From a virus, in UHGV virus genome UHGV-0120812: a DNA stretch of 39,670 nucleotides; one strand, 5' to 3'. The first letter of the stretch is position 1, and every line of letters starts with the position of its first letter. Shown here piece after piece: positions 1 through 8,638 of this stretch. A program made the translations under genes and the position numbers. The notes beneath the pieces are model-generated. The model searched no databases, was not told the DNA's origin, and saw only the letters and a program-made list of their open reading frames with translations.

Positions 1-49
1 TTGATTGGAATGGTGTTTTTTAGATGTGAGAAATATTTTACCCGCTATT

Positions 50-250
50 TTACCCATTGGCGCGGCTTAAGAGCTTATTTTTAAATTCACAATGGTCACG
101 ATATAACCATCTTGCTCGTCCGTGGATAACTTTGGCTTTAGGAAGGTCGCCGGACTTAATCCGGTCATAGATGAAGGTTTTACCAAAGCCAGTATCGGCC
201 ATGATGAATTTCAAATCAACCAGTGAATCAGGCTGTAGTTCGTGTTGCAT
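50..250 (-). CDS. torI: AlpA/TorI-family excisionase (recombination directionality factor)
   Basis: 66 aa MQHELQPDSLVDLKFIMADTGFGKTFIYDRIKSGDLPKAKV...; winged-helix AlpA-like pattern; recognised from memory as TorI-like of the E. coli KplE1 (CPS-53) prophage. Confidence 0.85.
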   Translation of the reverse strand: MQHELQPDSLVDLKFIMADTGFGKTFIYDRIKSGDLPKAKVIHGRARWLYRDHCEFKNKLLSRANG

Positions 251-824
251 GAGTGCTATCTCCGAATAGGGAATCGAACCTGCAAATCAGGCAATAAAAA
301 ACCGCCATCAGGCGTCTTGGTGTTCTTTCAGTTCTTCAATTCGAATATTGGTTACGTCTGCATGCGCTATCTGCGCCCATATCATCCAGTGGTTATAGCA
401 GTCGTTGATGTCCTCTGCTTCGATAACCCTGTCGAATGGCTCTCCATTCCATTCACCAGTGACTCGGAAGTGCATTTATCATCTCCATAAAACAAAACCC
501 GCCGTAGCGAGTTCAGATAAAAGAAATCCCCGCGAGTGCGAGGATGTTATTCATTGCCGATATTCACCTTTATCGCGAACACCTTTACCGGTTTATCACC
601 GAAGTGTGGATGTATGATTGTCTTGATTTCATACCCGTCATACGGGACGTCAATTCTACGGCTGGAATCGTCGCGCTTCGGATATCCCTTTGTGATAATC
701 AGACGGTCATATTCCCGGAACATAATTCGCTTATTCCAGTAGTCATTGCACAGGCGATACTCTTCCGTTTTCTCCCCCGCGAATCATGGCATCGAAGTAT
801 TCACCTTTGACGGCAAGTTGCAGG

Positions 825-1112
825 TTAGCCACGACCTTCCTCCTTTGGCTTGTGAATTTGTATCGTCATGCCGCTTTGAGTGGTGACTACAATGACAGAA
901 CCAGGCTGAAGGCTGTTAAGATTGAATGCTTCGTAAAACGAATCCAATGCCAGTGCTTTTTTATTCTTTCGGTTCCACCAACGCCATCCCTTGCTACAGG
1001 CTACACTGACAATCCACTGTCCACTCCTGTAAGCCATATAAAACCAGATGAGCAAAACCTGAAGAAATGCTATCCAGTCAATAATCGTATATTTCGCGAA
1101 GGAGTCCATCAC
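825..1112 (-). CDS. Hypothetical small membrane protein
   Basis: 95 aa with hydrophobic N-terminal segment (IIDWIAFLQVLLIWFYMAY); start overlaps the stop of the upstream gene (ATGA), suggesting translational coupling. Confidence 0.4.
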   Translation of the reverse strand: MMDSFAKYTIIDWIAFLQVLLIWFYMAYRSGQWIVSVACSKGWRWWNRKNKKALALDSFYEAFNLNSLQPGSVIVVTTQSGMTIQIHKPKEEGRG

Positions 1113-1606
1113 TTCACCTCCTGCGGCGGCTCCGGTAGCAGCATCCAGTGGGTTACACCGCCAATTGGCTCATCGTCGTCGTACTCCAATGCGGCTATAT
1201 AGAACCCGTCACGACGAGAATAAGAAATCCCTGACATTACAATGCCATCCGAAACAACAATAATGTCACCCGTTTCTTCCGGCATTCGCTCACTACAGCT
1301 TATCCAACCATCCGGAGTTACCGGCACTGGCTTGGCGGTATAAAGCGGTGTTATATCTGCCCGAAAATTACATGCTTTATGCAGCCGCACCCACCGTTCG
1401 ACTTCTGCTTTGTCAGAATACATACCAGTGAACGTGTTATATTCACGGTCAATTTGCGTGAATGTTACCTTCCACGCCACCGGCTCTGCTTCCAGCGATG
1501 CCAGTGCGATTTCATAAGCCCGACGCTCAATATTGTCTCGCACGTCCAGGCTGCCGATTCGCTCTTTGATTTCTTTAATCAGTTCTTTGTCGGTTAAAGT
1601 GGTCAT
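1109..1606 (-). CDS. DUF551-like phage protein
   Basis: 165 aa; C-terminal GGVTHWMLLPEPPQ matches the WMPLPEPP signature I associate with DUF551 proteins of lambdoid early-left regions. Confidence 0.7.
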   Translation of the reverse strand: MTTLTDKELIKEIKERIGSLDVRDNIERRAYEIALASLEAEPVAWKVTFTQIDREYNTFTGMYSDKAEVERWVRLHKACNFRADITPLYTAKPVPVTPDGWISCSERMPEETGDIIVVSDGIVMSGISYSRRDGFYIAALEYDDDEPIGGVTHWMLLPEPPQEVK

Positions 1607-1812
1607 TTGTTAATCCTCAAAACTTTATGCCCGGGCGCAAAAGCACGCGTTTTGTCTTTGCTTATTCGCCAGCCATCTTTGCGCGCCTCTTTTGCACAGC
1701 CAGCCCATGACGTACCGATATACTCACCGAAGTCTGGCGTTTGATATTTACCATTTGTACACTGGCGACAATCACAGTAGAGATGCATGGTGTAACTTGC
1801 GGCAATAGCCAT
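1603..1812 (-). CDS. Hypothetical Cys-rich small protein
   Basis: ORF-track ORF 1603..1863; internal start MAIAASYTMHLYCDCRQC... at 1812 preferred because the upstream ORF stops 1 nt before it. Start uncertain. Confidence 0.45.
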   Translation of the reverse strand: MAIAASYTMHLYCDCRQCTNGKYQTPDFGEYIGTSWAGCAKEARKDGWRISKDKTRAFAPGHKVLRINK

Positions 1813-1813
1813 A

Positions 1814-2002
1814 TCAGGCTCCTTTAGTGCGTAAGTGGTTTTTCCAGCGGTTTTGCGCCGCACTGGGCTTTTTGCAACAACTGTGCCCCATAACCCCGCA
1901 ACACCCCGTCAACCTCACTCGTCTGTTACTAATCCTCAACCATCGCCAGACCCCAACACCGTTTCTGCGAGCTAACAGAATCTTTGCCTTACGGTTTTTC
2001 AT
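1814..2002 (-). CDS. Hypothetical small basic protein (doubtful)
   Basis: 62 aa R/W-rich ORF, stop abutting the next start; composition looks atypical and it may be non-coding. Confidence 0.2.
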   Translation of the reverse strand: MKNRKAKILLARRNGVGVWRWLRISNRRVRLTGCCGVMGHSCCKKPSAAQNRWKNHLRTKGA

Positions 2003-2174
2003 CGCTTTGCTCTCCTGCGTTTCTTTGCTGCTCGTCGTGCCGCTGCAATACCAGTATGGCGGCGCTTTGGTGCCGGGATGATGTTGTCAGCCATCAGGAC
2101 ATGTGGCTTTGCAATTAGCGCAGAAGCCCAAAAACGAGTCGGGTACGGTAACAAGCCGATACATGCCACACGCA

Positions 2175-2729
2175 CTACTCACCTCCGTTGATGCGAATGC
2201 CTGTTGCAATGCTGTTTATGATGCTGTCAGTGCATGGGGTAGAAAGCTGGGCATCTCCAGCAATTTTCATGACATCAACATCTGCATATCGAATACCGAG
2301 GTGTATCAGACCGGCTATACCTGACTTAAGCCGAGCATTTTCCATAAACAGATCCTTTGCCCGCTGTTTTTCTGCCTCAAGCTCAACGCGCAGCTTCCCT
2401 ACCGTTAGCGCAATATCCTCGTTCTCCTGGTCGCGGGATTTGATGTATTGCTGGTTTCTTTCCCGTTCATCCAGCAGTGCCAGCACGGTAGCCGGATTGG
2501 CTGCAGCGATGAATTCAGCATTGGCCTGCTGTTCCATTTGGAAATCTTCATCGAAACCGCTTTCAGGATGCGCTCCTTCAATTCTGCAAATAGGAATATA
2601 TCCAGCAACTTCACGATGAATTAGCGCATCATCACCATCAAATCGGCTTTCTCCATATTCGAGCGACCACTCACCACACGTTGCTTTTTCTGCCGCTTCA
2701 CGCAGTGCCTGATAGTTAATTTTGGTCAT
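2175..2729 (-). CDS. Ead/Ea22-like early protein
   Basis: 184 aa MTKINYQALREAAEKAT...; N-terminal pattern and coiled-coil middle typical of Ead/Ea22-like proteins in lambdoid early-left operons (from memory). Confidence 0.6.
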   Translation of the reverse strand: MTKINYQALREAAEKATCGEWSLEYGESRFDGDDALIHREVAGYIPICRIEGAHPESGFDEDFQMEQQANAEFIAAANPATVLALLDERERNQQYIKSRDQENEDIALTVGKLRVELEAEKQRAKDLFMENARLKSGIAGLIHLGIRYADVDVMKIAGDAQLSTPCTDSIINSIATGIRINGGE

Positions 2730-2730
2730 A

Positions 2731-3030
2731 TCACATCACCCTGAAGCCGTTGCATTTACGTAAGAAATCGCAGATATAGCCCTTCATTTTTTCATGCCAA
2801 TCTCGATCATTCCCATTGCACCAACCATCAGGTGGAGTCCAGTTTTCTATCAGAGCAGCCATTTTCTTTGCTTTCGCCGGAGTAGCTGTTGCGGTATCGC
2901 AGTAATGACGAGTTTCAACCAACGCATCCATACCATCGATATCAAGTACGCAAAACCATGTGTGATTCGGCATTCCAACAGATGGTATTTGTTGCCCACG
3001 TCGACGTTTATCAATAAGACATACAGTCAT
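2731..3030 (-). CDS. Hypothetical protein
   Basis: 99 aa ORF, tightly packed in the leftward operon (2-nt gap to upstream gene). Confidence 0.55.
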   Translation of the reverse strand: MTVCLIDKRRRGQQIPSVGMPNHTWFCVLDIDGMDALVETRHYCDTATATPAKAKKMAALIENWTPPDGWCNGNDRDWHEKMKGYICDFLRKCNGFRVM

Positions 3031-3572
3031 GGTTCCACCTTCTCTATTTGCTTAAGACCGTCTCTCACTGCATTAAGTACGCGTTCCAGATACTGGTATT
3101 TCGGGTTTGGTGCCGTTGGCCAGTCGGCATACCATGGATCATCACCAAAGAGATTCAGCAGTTTGTTACCGACGCCGAAACAACAGCAGCTTTCTTTTAC
3201 GTCATCGGCGTTTTCCGCCTCGTCCCACATTTCGCGAGCCTGTACCGCGTCGATTTCTCTCTCTCTTCGTAATTTTATGATTTCTGACTTCACGAAAAGC
3301 AGATTTGCATCGTTGTCATCGTCGACCGTGCTTCGCAGTTGAGGGTCGAAATAGCCGATTAGATACTCGTTGCTGACCCGCTTAATGAACGTCTGCACAT
3401 CATCACCGCCCATAGCAAACCAAGCCGCAGTCCACGCTTTTCCGTAGCAGGTGATGGTGATTCTTCCCTTACCAGGTTCGTAGTTTTCAATCATCACTCG
3501 AACCGGATCTAGTCGCTCTGCACCGGTTATAACGAATGACAACACATCAATCTTTTCAACCGTTACACTCAC
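3027..3572 (-). CDS. Hypothetical protein
   Basis: 181 aa ORF starting with GTG that overlaps the stop of the upstream small ORF (GTGA). Confidence 0.6.
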   Translation of the reverse strand: MSVTVEKIDVLSFVITGAERLDPVRVMIENYEPGKGRITITCYGKAWTAAWFAMGGDDVQTFIKRVSNEYLIGYFDPQLRSTVDDDNDANLLFVKSEIIKLRREREIDAVQAREMWDEAENADDVKESCCCFGVGNKLLNLFGDDPWYADWPTAPNPKYQYLERVLNAVRDGLKQIEKVEP

Positions 3573-3736
3573 TGGTTGCCTCCTTTGCGCAACATCGCAT
3601 TCAGATATTTGTTGTCGTTAACAGAACCGAAACTCTTTCTTTTAAGCAATTCCTCTCTCGATGGCATTGGCTTTACGCGTTGGCGAATAATCATTTCTGC
3701 CGGAAGAATGCCGGGATTGTATGCAAGTCCTCTCAT
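3569..3736 (-). CDS. Hypothetical small protein (55 aa, below the ORF-track cutoff)
   Basis: Hand translation: [55 protein letters not shown]; stop overlaps downstream GTG start. Confidence 0.35.
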   Translation of the reverse strand: MRGLAYNPGILPAEMIIRQRVKPMPSREELLKRKSFGSVNDNKYLNAMLRKGGNQ

Positions 3737-3752
3737 GATTAATTCCTCTTTG

Positions 3753-4067
3753 TTAATTTATTTGTATGCCTGCTCTTTCTTCATCGAGTTTTTTTAGCTT
3801 GTATCGCATAGCCCTTACTGAATAAATTGAGCGGCAGGTTGCAATTGCTATTTCTTCTGCGGAGAACTTACCGAAAAGTGATACTTCGGCTCTTGTCCAG
3901 CGTCTTCCACGAAGTCGGCTAACAATGTCAGCGCCAATCCTTGTTGCTTTCGCCATAACTGCTTTTTCAGTCCTTTCCAGTTTTTCAGCGATAACTTCAA
4001 CTGGCATTGTCGCCGCCACTTCGCGCAAGAAATCGACTTCCCATTTCTCCCATGGAGTCTTTTTCAT
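3753..4067 (-). CDS. Hypothetical protein, possible duplicated helix-turn-helix
   Basis: 104 aa; two similar segments ([13 protein letters not shown]... and [20 protein letters not shown]...) suggesting a DNA-binding fold. Confidence 0.55.
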   Translation of the reverse strand: MKKTPWEKWEVDFLREVAATMPVEVIAEKLERTEKAVMAKATRIGADIVSRLRGRRWTRAEVSLFGKFSAEEIAIATCRSIYSVRAMRYKLKKLDEERAGIQIN

Positions 4068-4078
4068 AGGCGATACCG

Positions 4079-4567
4079 TTATTTGATAAGAAGTGAAGGT
4101 TTCCCAACTTTGAGTTGAGCGCCGGGGATATTTATTCCTGCTTTTAGTTGGTGTTTGATTGCCAGTTTGTCGGCTTTAATTGTCGTTTCAAACTCAACGT
4201 ATTCAGGAGGAAGGGCGCTTGAGTCGATGATTTCTACAGTTTCTGACGGTTTGCGGATTGTTACCTGGTGAATACCTGCTCGAATCTTTTTCTTGCCAAC
4301 CATTTCAAGCGATGACGCTATATACGCCATAATGCTGTCAATCTTGTTTTGAATTACTGCGGCTCGCTCATTTAGTGACTTTGCCTCTTCCTTGAGGCGT
4401 TCAGCATAACCAGATTCATTTTTAATAATGGCAAGAAGTTGCTCTATTTTATCGGTAAATTCTCCTTCCATGCCTTCTATTGTGTCAGCAATCATCTCTG
4501 GTTCTAAATCTGAATCCATCAATTTTGCGTATTCATTGGCAATTTCATACAGTTTGCTCACTGGCAA
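4079..4567 (-). CDS. Gp157-like protein (tentative)
   Basis: 162 aa, acidic/coiled-coil, immediately downstream of the RecT-like gene, where siphovirus Gp157-family genes are commonly found. Confidence 0.5.
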   Translation of the reverse strand: MPVSKLYEIANEYAKLMDSDLEPEMIADTIEGMEGEFTDKIEQLLAIIKNESGYAERLKEEAKSLNERAAVIQNKIDSIMAYIASSLEMVGKKKIRAGIHQVTIRKPSETVEIIDSSALPPEYVEFETTIKADKLAIKHQLKAGINIPGAQLKVGKPSLLIK

Positions 4568-5447
4568 CCTCCAGTTTCGCTTTGCATTCTATGTAAATGG
4601 CTTGTACGTTCTGCTGCAATTTCATTCCAGATGTCAGGCGATATGCTTCTGCAAAATATCGCTTCAAATCGTCCATGTTTTCTGCCTGAGCCATTTCATC
4701 GCAAAGAAGTTGTGCTTTATCCATTATTTCCTGCTGGCGTTTCCGTTCATCTTCGCGGATATCTTCCTCTGATTTGTGCGGCATAACTGGTTCCTGATGC
4801 ATACCTTCATCTTCGTTAAGAAGGTGAATGGCATTATCCAGTCTCTGGGCTTTAGGCCAGTATTTGCTGGCGCGTTTAACTATTGTTTTACGCGCCATCT
4901 CTTCCCAGAATGTTTTCCACGGTCCATTCTTTGCCTTGCTCGTTGCTTCCACAGCTTTAATTTCTGCCAGACTCATTTCTTCAGTCAGGTAGTCACCATC
5001 TGCTGTTTTAACCGTGCAATAACCTCCAACAATAGAGCCTCGCTCACCAAATGCGTTGTATTTGTGGGTTGGTGCTGAATCAAGGCCATTTGATTCATAG
5101 GTGTCGTTTGAGTACACCAGTTTGCATTGCCCCCACTTAATTGATCCTGTCGATTGCGCAAGATGAAGTAATCCCATGTAACTGATATCAAGGCACACCA
5201 TGCCGTCGCGAGGAACCAGATAAGCCAGTTTGCTGGCCGGGTTTAAGGTGATGCCGATCGCCGCAACATTGATGATGGCGTTCTGTGCGCTGGTTGGATT
5301 TGCCAGTGCTGTTTTAGCCAGGTAATCGTTTTTCTGGAAATACTGAATTGCAAACTGGCTTTCCTTAGCCCATGTCACCGTCTGTTCAGTCAATGCTCCG
5401 CAGAATAACTGCTCCTGCTGTTTAACGAATTCAACGATATTGCTCAT
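4545..5447 (-). CDS. recT: RecT-family single-strand annealing protein
   Basis: 300 aa; GPWKTFWEEMARKTIVKRASKYWP resembles the RecT motif GPWVTHWEEMAKKTAIRRLFKYLP. Confidence 0.8.
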   Translation of the reverse strand: MSNIVEFVKQQEQLFCGALTEQTVTWAKESQFAIQYFQKNDYLAKTALANPTSAQNAIINVAAIGITLNPASKLAYLVPRDGMVCLDISYMGLLHLAQSTGSIKWGQCKLVYSNDTYESNGLDSAPTHKYNAFGERGSIVGGYCTVKTADGDYLTEEMSLAEIKAVEATSKAKNGPWKTFWEEMARKTIVKRASKYWPKAQRLDNAIHLLNEDEGMHQEPVMPHKSEEDIREDERKRQQEIMDKAQLLCDEMAQAENMDDLKRYFAEAYRLTSGMKLQQNVQAIYIECKAKLEVASEQTV

Positions 5448-5755
5448 GCAGCTTCTCCAAAAATGTGTCTGCGTTTGAATATTGCGAAGGCATATTCAGC
5501 CTTAACTCTTTCGGTTATTGCATCCCAGAACCATTCAGCGGCTTTTTCCTGATAGTTACAGTCATCATCTTCCAGCCAGTCGATAGCGTCCTTAGTGTGT
5601 TCATCTGGTTTATATGAGCGAAGCATTTCGCTTATTGGGTCGCAACGTTTGCAGAGGCGATCAACTTCACTGTTGATTCGTTCGTAATCTTCATCAGTAA
5701 AACTTGCGATTATTTGCGATATTTCACGCTTATCATTCAGAGTCAGAATCATCAT
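5444..5755 (-). CDS. Hypothetical acidic protein upstream of RecT
   Basis: 103 aa ORF overlapping the RecT start by 4 nt; occupies the position where lambdoid phages carry Gam/Kil/Abc-type genes, but no similarity recognised. Confidence 0.55.
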   Translation of the reverse strand: MMILTLNDKREISQIIASFTDEDYERINSEVDRLCKRCDPISEMLRSYKPDEHTKDAIDWLEDDDCNYQEKAAEWFWDAITERVKAEYAFAIFKRRHIFGEAA

Positions 5756-5836
5756 CTTTCTCCTGTTCTTTGTGCTGATTGAGCATTTTGTTCATCTGAC
5801 GAATGAATTCTTCGTCTGACCAGTTATCTGTAAAAC

Positions 5837-6007
5837 TCATGGACGGCCTTGTTGTTTCAAAATATCCCAAAGCTTTTCGAGCAAACTTTTCATTCTTGGT
5901 TGTTTAAAGTCTGCTCCGGTTAAAATATTTTTTCGTGAATGCTGTACCGATAAAATCGGGTTGAAAGGGCGAACCGATGCCGCCCCTGCAATAGCGAACT
6001 GTTGCAT
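5837..6007 (-). CDS. cIII: CIII-like protein (FtsH inhibitor)
   Basis: 56 aa from internal ATG with AAGGAG RBS 7 nt upstream: MQQFAIAG...MKSLLEKLWDILKQQGRP, resembling lambda CIII (MQYAIAG...LLERITRKLRDGWKRLIDILNQPG). Confidence 0.6.
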   Translation of the reverse strand: MQQFAIAGAASVRPFNPILSVQHSRKNILTGADFKQPRMKSLLEKLWDILKQQGRP

Positions 6008-6190
6008 AGGATGCTCCTTCTGTTTGATTGCATAACGAAAACGCCTCGAGTGAAGCGTTATTGGTATGCATATAAAAAGGCCCTCACACTGGAGGGCAAA
6101 GAAGATTTCCAATAATCAGAACAAGTCGGCTCCTGTTTAGTTACGAGCGACATTGCTCACATAGCAGACTCGTAAATCTGCTATAGGCGC

Positions 6191-6349
6191 TTATTCGCAT
6201 CGCATGACAACATCAAATTTTTCGAGATTACTTTGTCGCAACAATCCTTCTTCTACGCGGTCAGCTTTTCTATAATTATCAAATTCGAAATGTTTAATTA
6301 CTTCTTTTGTTCCTCGCTCTATAACTTCAACAATGTATTTCTTATTCAT
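6191..6349 (-). CDS. Hypothetical small protein (52 aa, below the ORF-track cutoff)
   Basis: Hand translation MNKKYIVEVIERGTKEVIKHFEFDNYRKADRVEEGLLRQSNLEKFDVVMRCE; ATG overlaps the stop of the upstream gene (ATGA); AT-rich. Confidence 0.4.
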   Translation of the reverse strand: MNKKYIVEVIERGTKEVIKHFEFDNYRKADRVEEGLLRQSNLEKFDVVMRCE

Positions 6350-6645
6350 CATTCTTCCCCAAGAGCTTTTCTGATTGCTGCAAGACCTTTATTAACAGCT
6401 CCATACCATTCTGGATATGTTGTCGTTGTTCTATTTTTGGTTTGCTTAAGTAATAACTGAAGTGCTTCGAGAAGGTCAGGTGCTGCCGCTATTAGATTGG
6501 CATCTTCAATGCATTGAACTTCCTCACAGATTGCAATATACGAACGCCAGCCTGTGCCATTTTCAAGTGAGTCTGCCTGGATGATTTTAATCTCATCGCC
6601 ATCCATCATTATTTCCCACTTACCTTCAGTACCTTTAAATTCCAT
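6349..6645 (-). CDS. Hypothetical protein
   Basis: 98 aa ORF in the AT-rich block between N and cIII-like. Confidence 0.55.
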   Translation of the reverse strand: MEFKGTEGKWEIMMDGDEIKIIQADSLENGTGWRSYIAICEEVQCIEDANLIAAAPDLLEALQLLLKQTKNRTTTTYPEWYGAVNKGLAAIRKALGEE

Positions 6646-6682
6646 GTTAGCCTCTGTTGTTTATGCCAAAAATAAAGGCCGA

Positions 6683-7306
6683 CTATGCGGCCTCGGAAGG
6701 AAGTCCAATCATCTTATTCAAATCTTCTACCCGTAAAGCAGGAAGTGCTGTACTTGCTTTATCTGCTTCTTTTGGTAGCAACTCTTTGCTTTCAGGCCAA
6801 ACCTCAATAAGTCGCTTAACTGTTGTGACTGAGTTTAAAGCAGCCCATACATTTGATTCGATATCCTTTTTCTTTGCTTCAAGTTTTTGTTGTAATGAGC
6901 AGATTTCATCAAACCTTTTTGTTATTTCGTGCTCTGCGTCAAACATGCATTTATCTTTTGTCGGAGTAGGGAGCAATATATCTTCGCCGTTGCCGTCTTT
7001 CCCATATGAATGCCAGCCAACCCTTCTTCCAGATACAGTCAGATAAATCGAAGTAGAACGAACATCGCATGAGTAAAATGAACATCCCATCTTCTCAAGT
7101 TCTTCACTTATAGCTGCTAACTTGGATGATAACCGATCCACTTCCTCAGTTTTCTTTTTACCGCCAAACGCAATAACTCTGGCGTCAAGTGCAAGCTGGT
7201 TCTTTAACTTTGTTACTTCTTCAAGCTCAGTGAAAACCCCAGACTTAATTAAAGCGTTACGAGCGATTTCCTCTTTCATTCTCGTAGTTAAGCGGATTGA
7301 TGACAT
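6683..7306 (-). CDS. Hypothetical protein (207 aa)
   Basis: Start chosen at MSSIRLTTRMKEEI... (GAGG RBS about 8 nt upstream) rather than the ORF-track start at 7321; coiled-coil-rich; AT-rich. Confidence 0.55.
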   Translation of the reverse strand: MSSIRLTTRMKEEIARNALIKSGVFTELEEVTKLKNQLALDARVIAFGGKKKTEEVDRLSSKLAAISEELEKMGCSFYSCDVRSTSIYLTVSGRRVGWHSYGKDGNGEDILLPTPTKDKCMFDAEHEITKRFDEICSLQQKLEAKKKDIESNVWAALNSVTTVKRLIEVWPESKELLPKEADKASTALPALRVEDLNKMIGLPSEAA

Positions 7307-7342
7307 ATTAATTCCTCTCAAATAAGAAAATAAAGGCCACCA

Positions 7343-7594
7343 TCAGGCAGCCTTGTTGTAAATGTTGCAGGTATCAAGTAAGTAATTAGATGGAGCGCCA
7401 TAAATTATGAATTCATCGTTTGTCGGGTCCATCTCCATCTCTTGGCCTATTGCCATTCTTGCGTCAGTGTCATCAGAGGCGAAGCATAAAACAGCCCACG
7501 CACCCATTGTTTTAAAAAGAACTGCAATTGGCTGTGGTTTTACTGAATTTGCGTTAGCGCGAAAATCATAAATCGCACTTTCATGAAACTCCAT
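7343..7594 (-). CDS. Hypothetical protein
   Basis: 83 aa ORF immediately downstream of N in the leftward operon. Confidence 0.55.
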   Translation of the reverse strand: MEFHESAIYDFRANANSVKPQPIAVLFKTMGAWAVLCFASDDTDARMAIGQEMEMDPTNDEFIIYGAPSNYLLDTCNIYNKAA

Positions 7595-7602
7595 ATCTCA
7601 CC

Positions 7603-7929
7603 TCAAATAAGTGGTTTGCTGCCTAATTTCATTTTCTGGCGACCAACACAAGTCACACCCATTTCACTACGTGGCTTGCTGTACCATGTGCGCTGATTCT
7701 TGCGCTCAATACGTTGCAGGTTGCTTTCAATCTGTTCGTGGTATTCAGCCAGCACCGTAAGGTCTATCGGATTCAGTGCGCTTTCTACTCGTGATTTCGG
7801 TTTGCGATTCAGCGAGAGAATAGGGCGGTTAACTGGTTTTGCGCTTACCCCAACCAACAGGGGATTTGCTGCTTTCCATTGAGCCTGTTTCTCTGCGCGA
7901 CGTTCGCGGCGGCGTGTTTGTGCATCCAT
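7603..7929 (-). CDS. N: Antitermination protein N
   Basis: MDAQTRRRERRAEKQAQWKAANPLLVGVSAKPVNRPILSLNRKPKSRVESALNPIDLTVLAEYH... matches lambda N (arginine-rich motif), with a divergent C-terminus. Confidence 0.92.
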   Translation of the reverse strand: MDAQTRRRERRAEKQAQWKAANPLLVGVSAKPVNRPILSLNRKPKSRVESALNPIDLTVLAEYHEQIESNLQRIERKNQRTWYSKPRSEMGVTCVGRQKMKLGSKPLI

Positions 7930-8125
7930 CTGGATTCTCCTGTCAGTTAGCTTTGGTGATTGGATGGCCGGCGCTGAACCCCGGCTTACTGGTTAGAGCG
8001 CCCGCACTACCAGTGACGCTGTCTTGAGGCGCAGATTGGTTACTGCTTGCCATGAGCGCTGTTTATACATTGGTCGAGCATCAGCCTGCTCATTCATCCA
8101 ATCCCAAAGCCTTCTGCTTTGAATG

Positions 8126-8158
8126 CTGCCCTTCTTCAGGGCTTAATTTTTAAGAGCC
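8126..8158 (-). promoter_or_regulatory. nutL (boxA plus boxB hairpin)
   Basis: Minus-strand reading gives GCTCTTAAAAATTAA followed by GCCCTGAAGAAGGGC, the lambda nutL boxA/boxB arrangement. Confidence 0.8.
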
Positions 8159-8197
8159 TCACCTTCATGGTGGTCAGTGCGTCCTGCTGATGTGCTT

Positions 8198-8260
8198 AGT
8201 ATCACCGCCAGTGGTATTTATGTCAACACCGCCAGAGATAATTTATCACCGCAGATGGTT
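8198..8260 (-). promoter_or_regulatory. pL promoter with oL1-oL2-oL3 operators
   Basis: 17-mers TATCACCGCCAGTGGTA, CAACACCGCCAGAGATA, TATCACCGCAGATGGTT; minus-strand -35 TTGACA and -10 GATACT. Confidence 0.85.
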
Positions 8261-8418
8261 ATCTGTATGTTTTTTATATAGATTTATTTTTTGCAGGGTT
8301 GTGTGGATTGAAGGTGATCGAGAGATCTGAATTGCGATGTTTAGTGAGTTGTATCTATTAATTTTGAAATAAATACAATTGGTTATGCGTTTTTTGGGGG
8401 GGGGCGTTAGGCAAAGAA

Positions 8419-8443
8419 AACCCGGCGCTGAGGCCGGGTTGTG
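8419..8443. terminator. Bidirectional hairpin terminator downstream of the cI operon
   Basis: AAAACCCGGCGCTGAGGCCGGGTT: GC stem flanked by A-run and T-run; lies 9 nt past the stop at 8453. Confidence 0.7.
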
Positions 8444-8452
8444 AGGAATTAA

Positions 8453-8638
8453 TTACAGAGCAAAGAGATCATGCATTAGGTTGCTGTTCATCTGGTGGTT
8501 GAATTGATACGGCTCCAATTCCTTCTTGATCTCGTTCAGGTGTTGTTCCGCTTTTTTTGCCAGATCGTGACCTTCTTGGATCTGGCTTTCCAACATCTTG
8601 TTGAGAATTTCCATCTCCGGTTGCAGATTCTTCGGCAT
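8453..8638 (-). CDS. Hypothetical small helical protein, overlapping the 3' end of the peptidase-like ORF in another frame
   Basis: 61 aa from internal ATG (AGGA RBS about 8 nt upstream): MPKNLQPEMEILNKMLESQIQEGHDLAKKAEQHLNEIKKELEPYQFNHQMNSNLMHDLFAL; composition more protein-like than the overlapping frame. Confidence 0.4.
   Translation of the reverse strand: MPKNLQPEMEILNKMLESQIQEGHDLAKKAEQHLNEIKKELEPYQFNHQMNSNLMHDLFAL

Noticed and set aside
270-285. A tRNA gene.
   Set aside because: Only the T-arm-like 16-mer is present; flanking sequence cannot form acceptor or anticodon stems. Kept as a low-interest att-related observation.
2188-3342. Plus-strand ORFs of 143 and 182 aa antisense to the Ea22-like and neighbouring genes.
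   Set aside because: S/R-rich low-complexity translations entirely within better-supported minus-strand genes.
6233-7325. Plus-strand ORFs (75, 60, 129, 67 aa) in the AT-rich early-left block, considered as a possible sieB-like opposite-strand gene.
   Set aside because: S/F-rich antisense translations with no RBS; no resemblance to a membrane exclusion protein.
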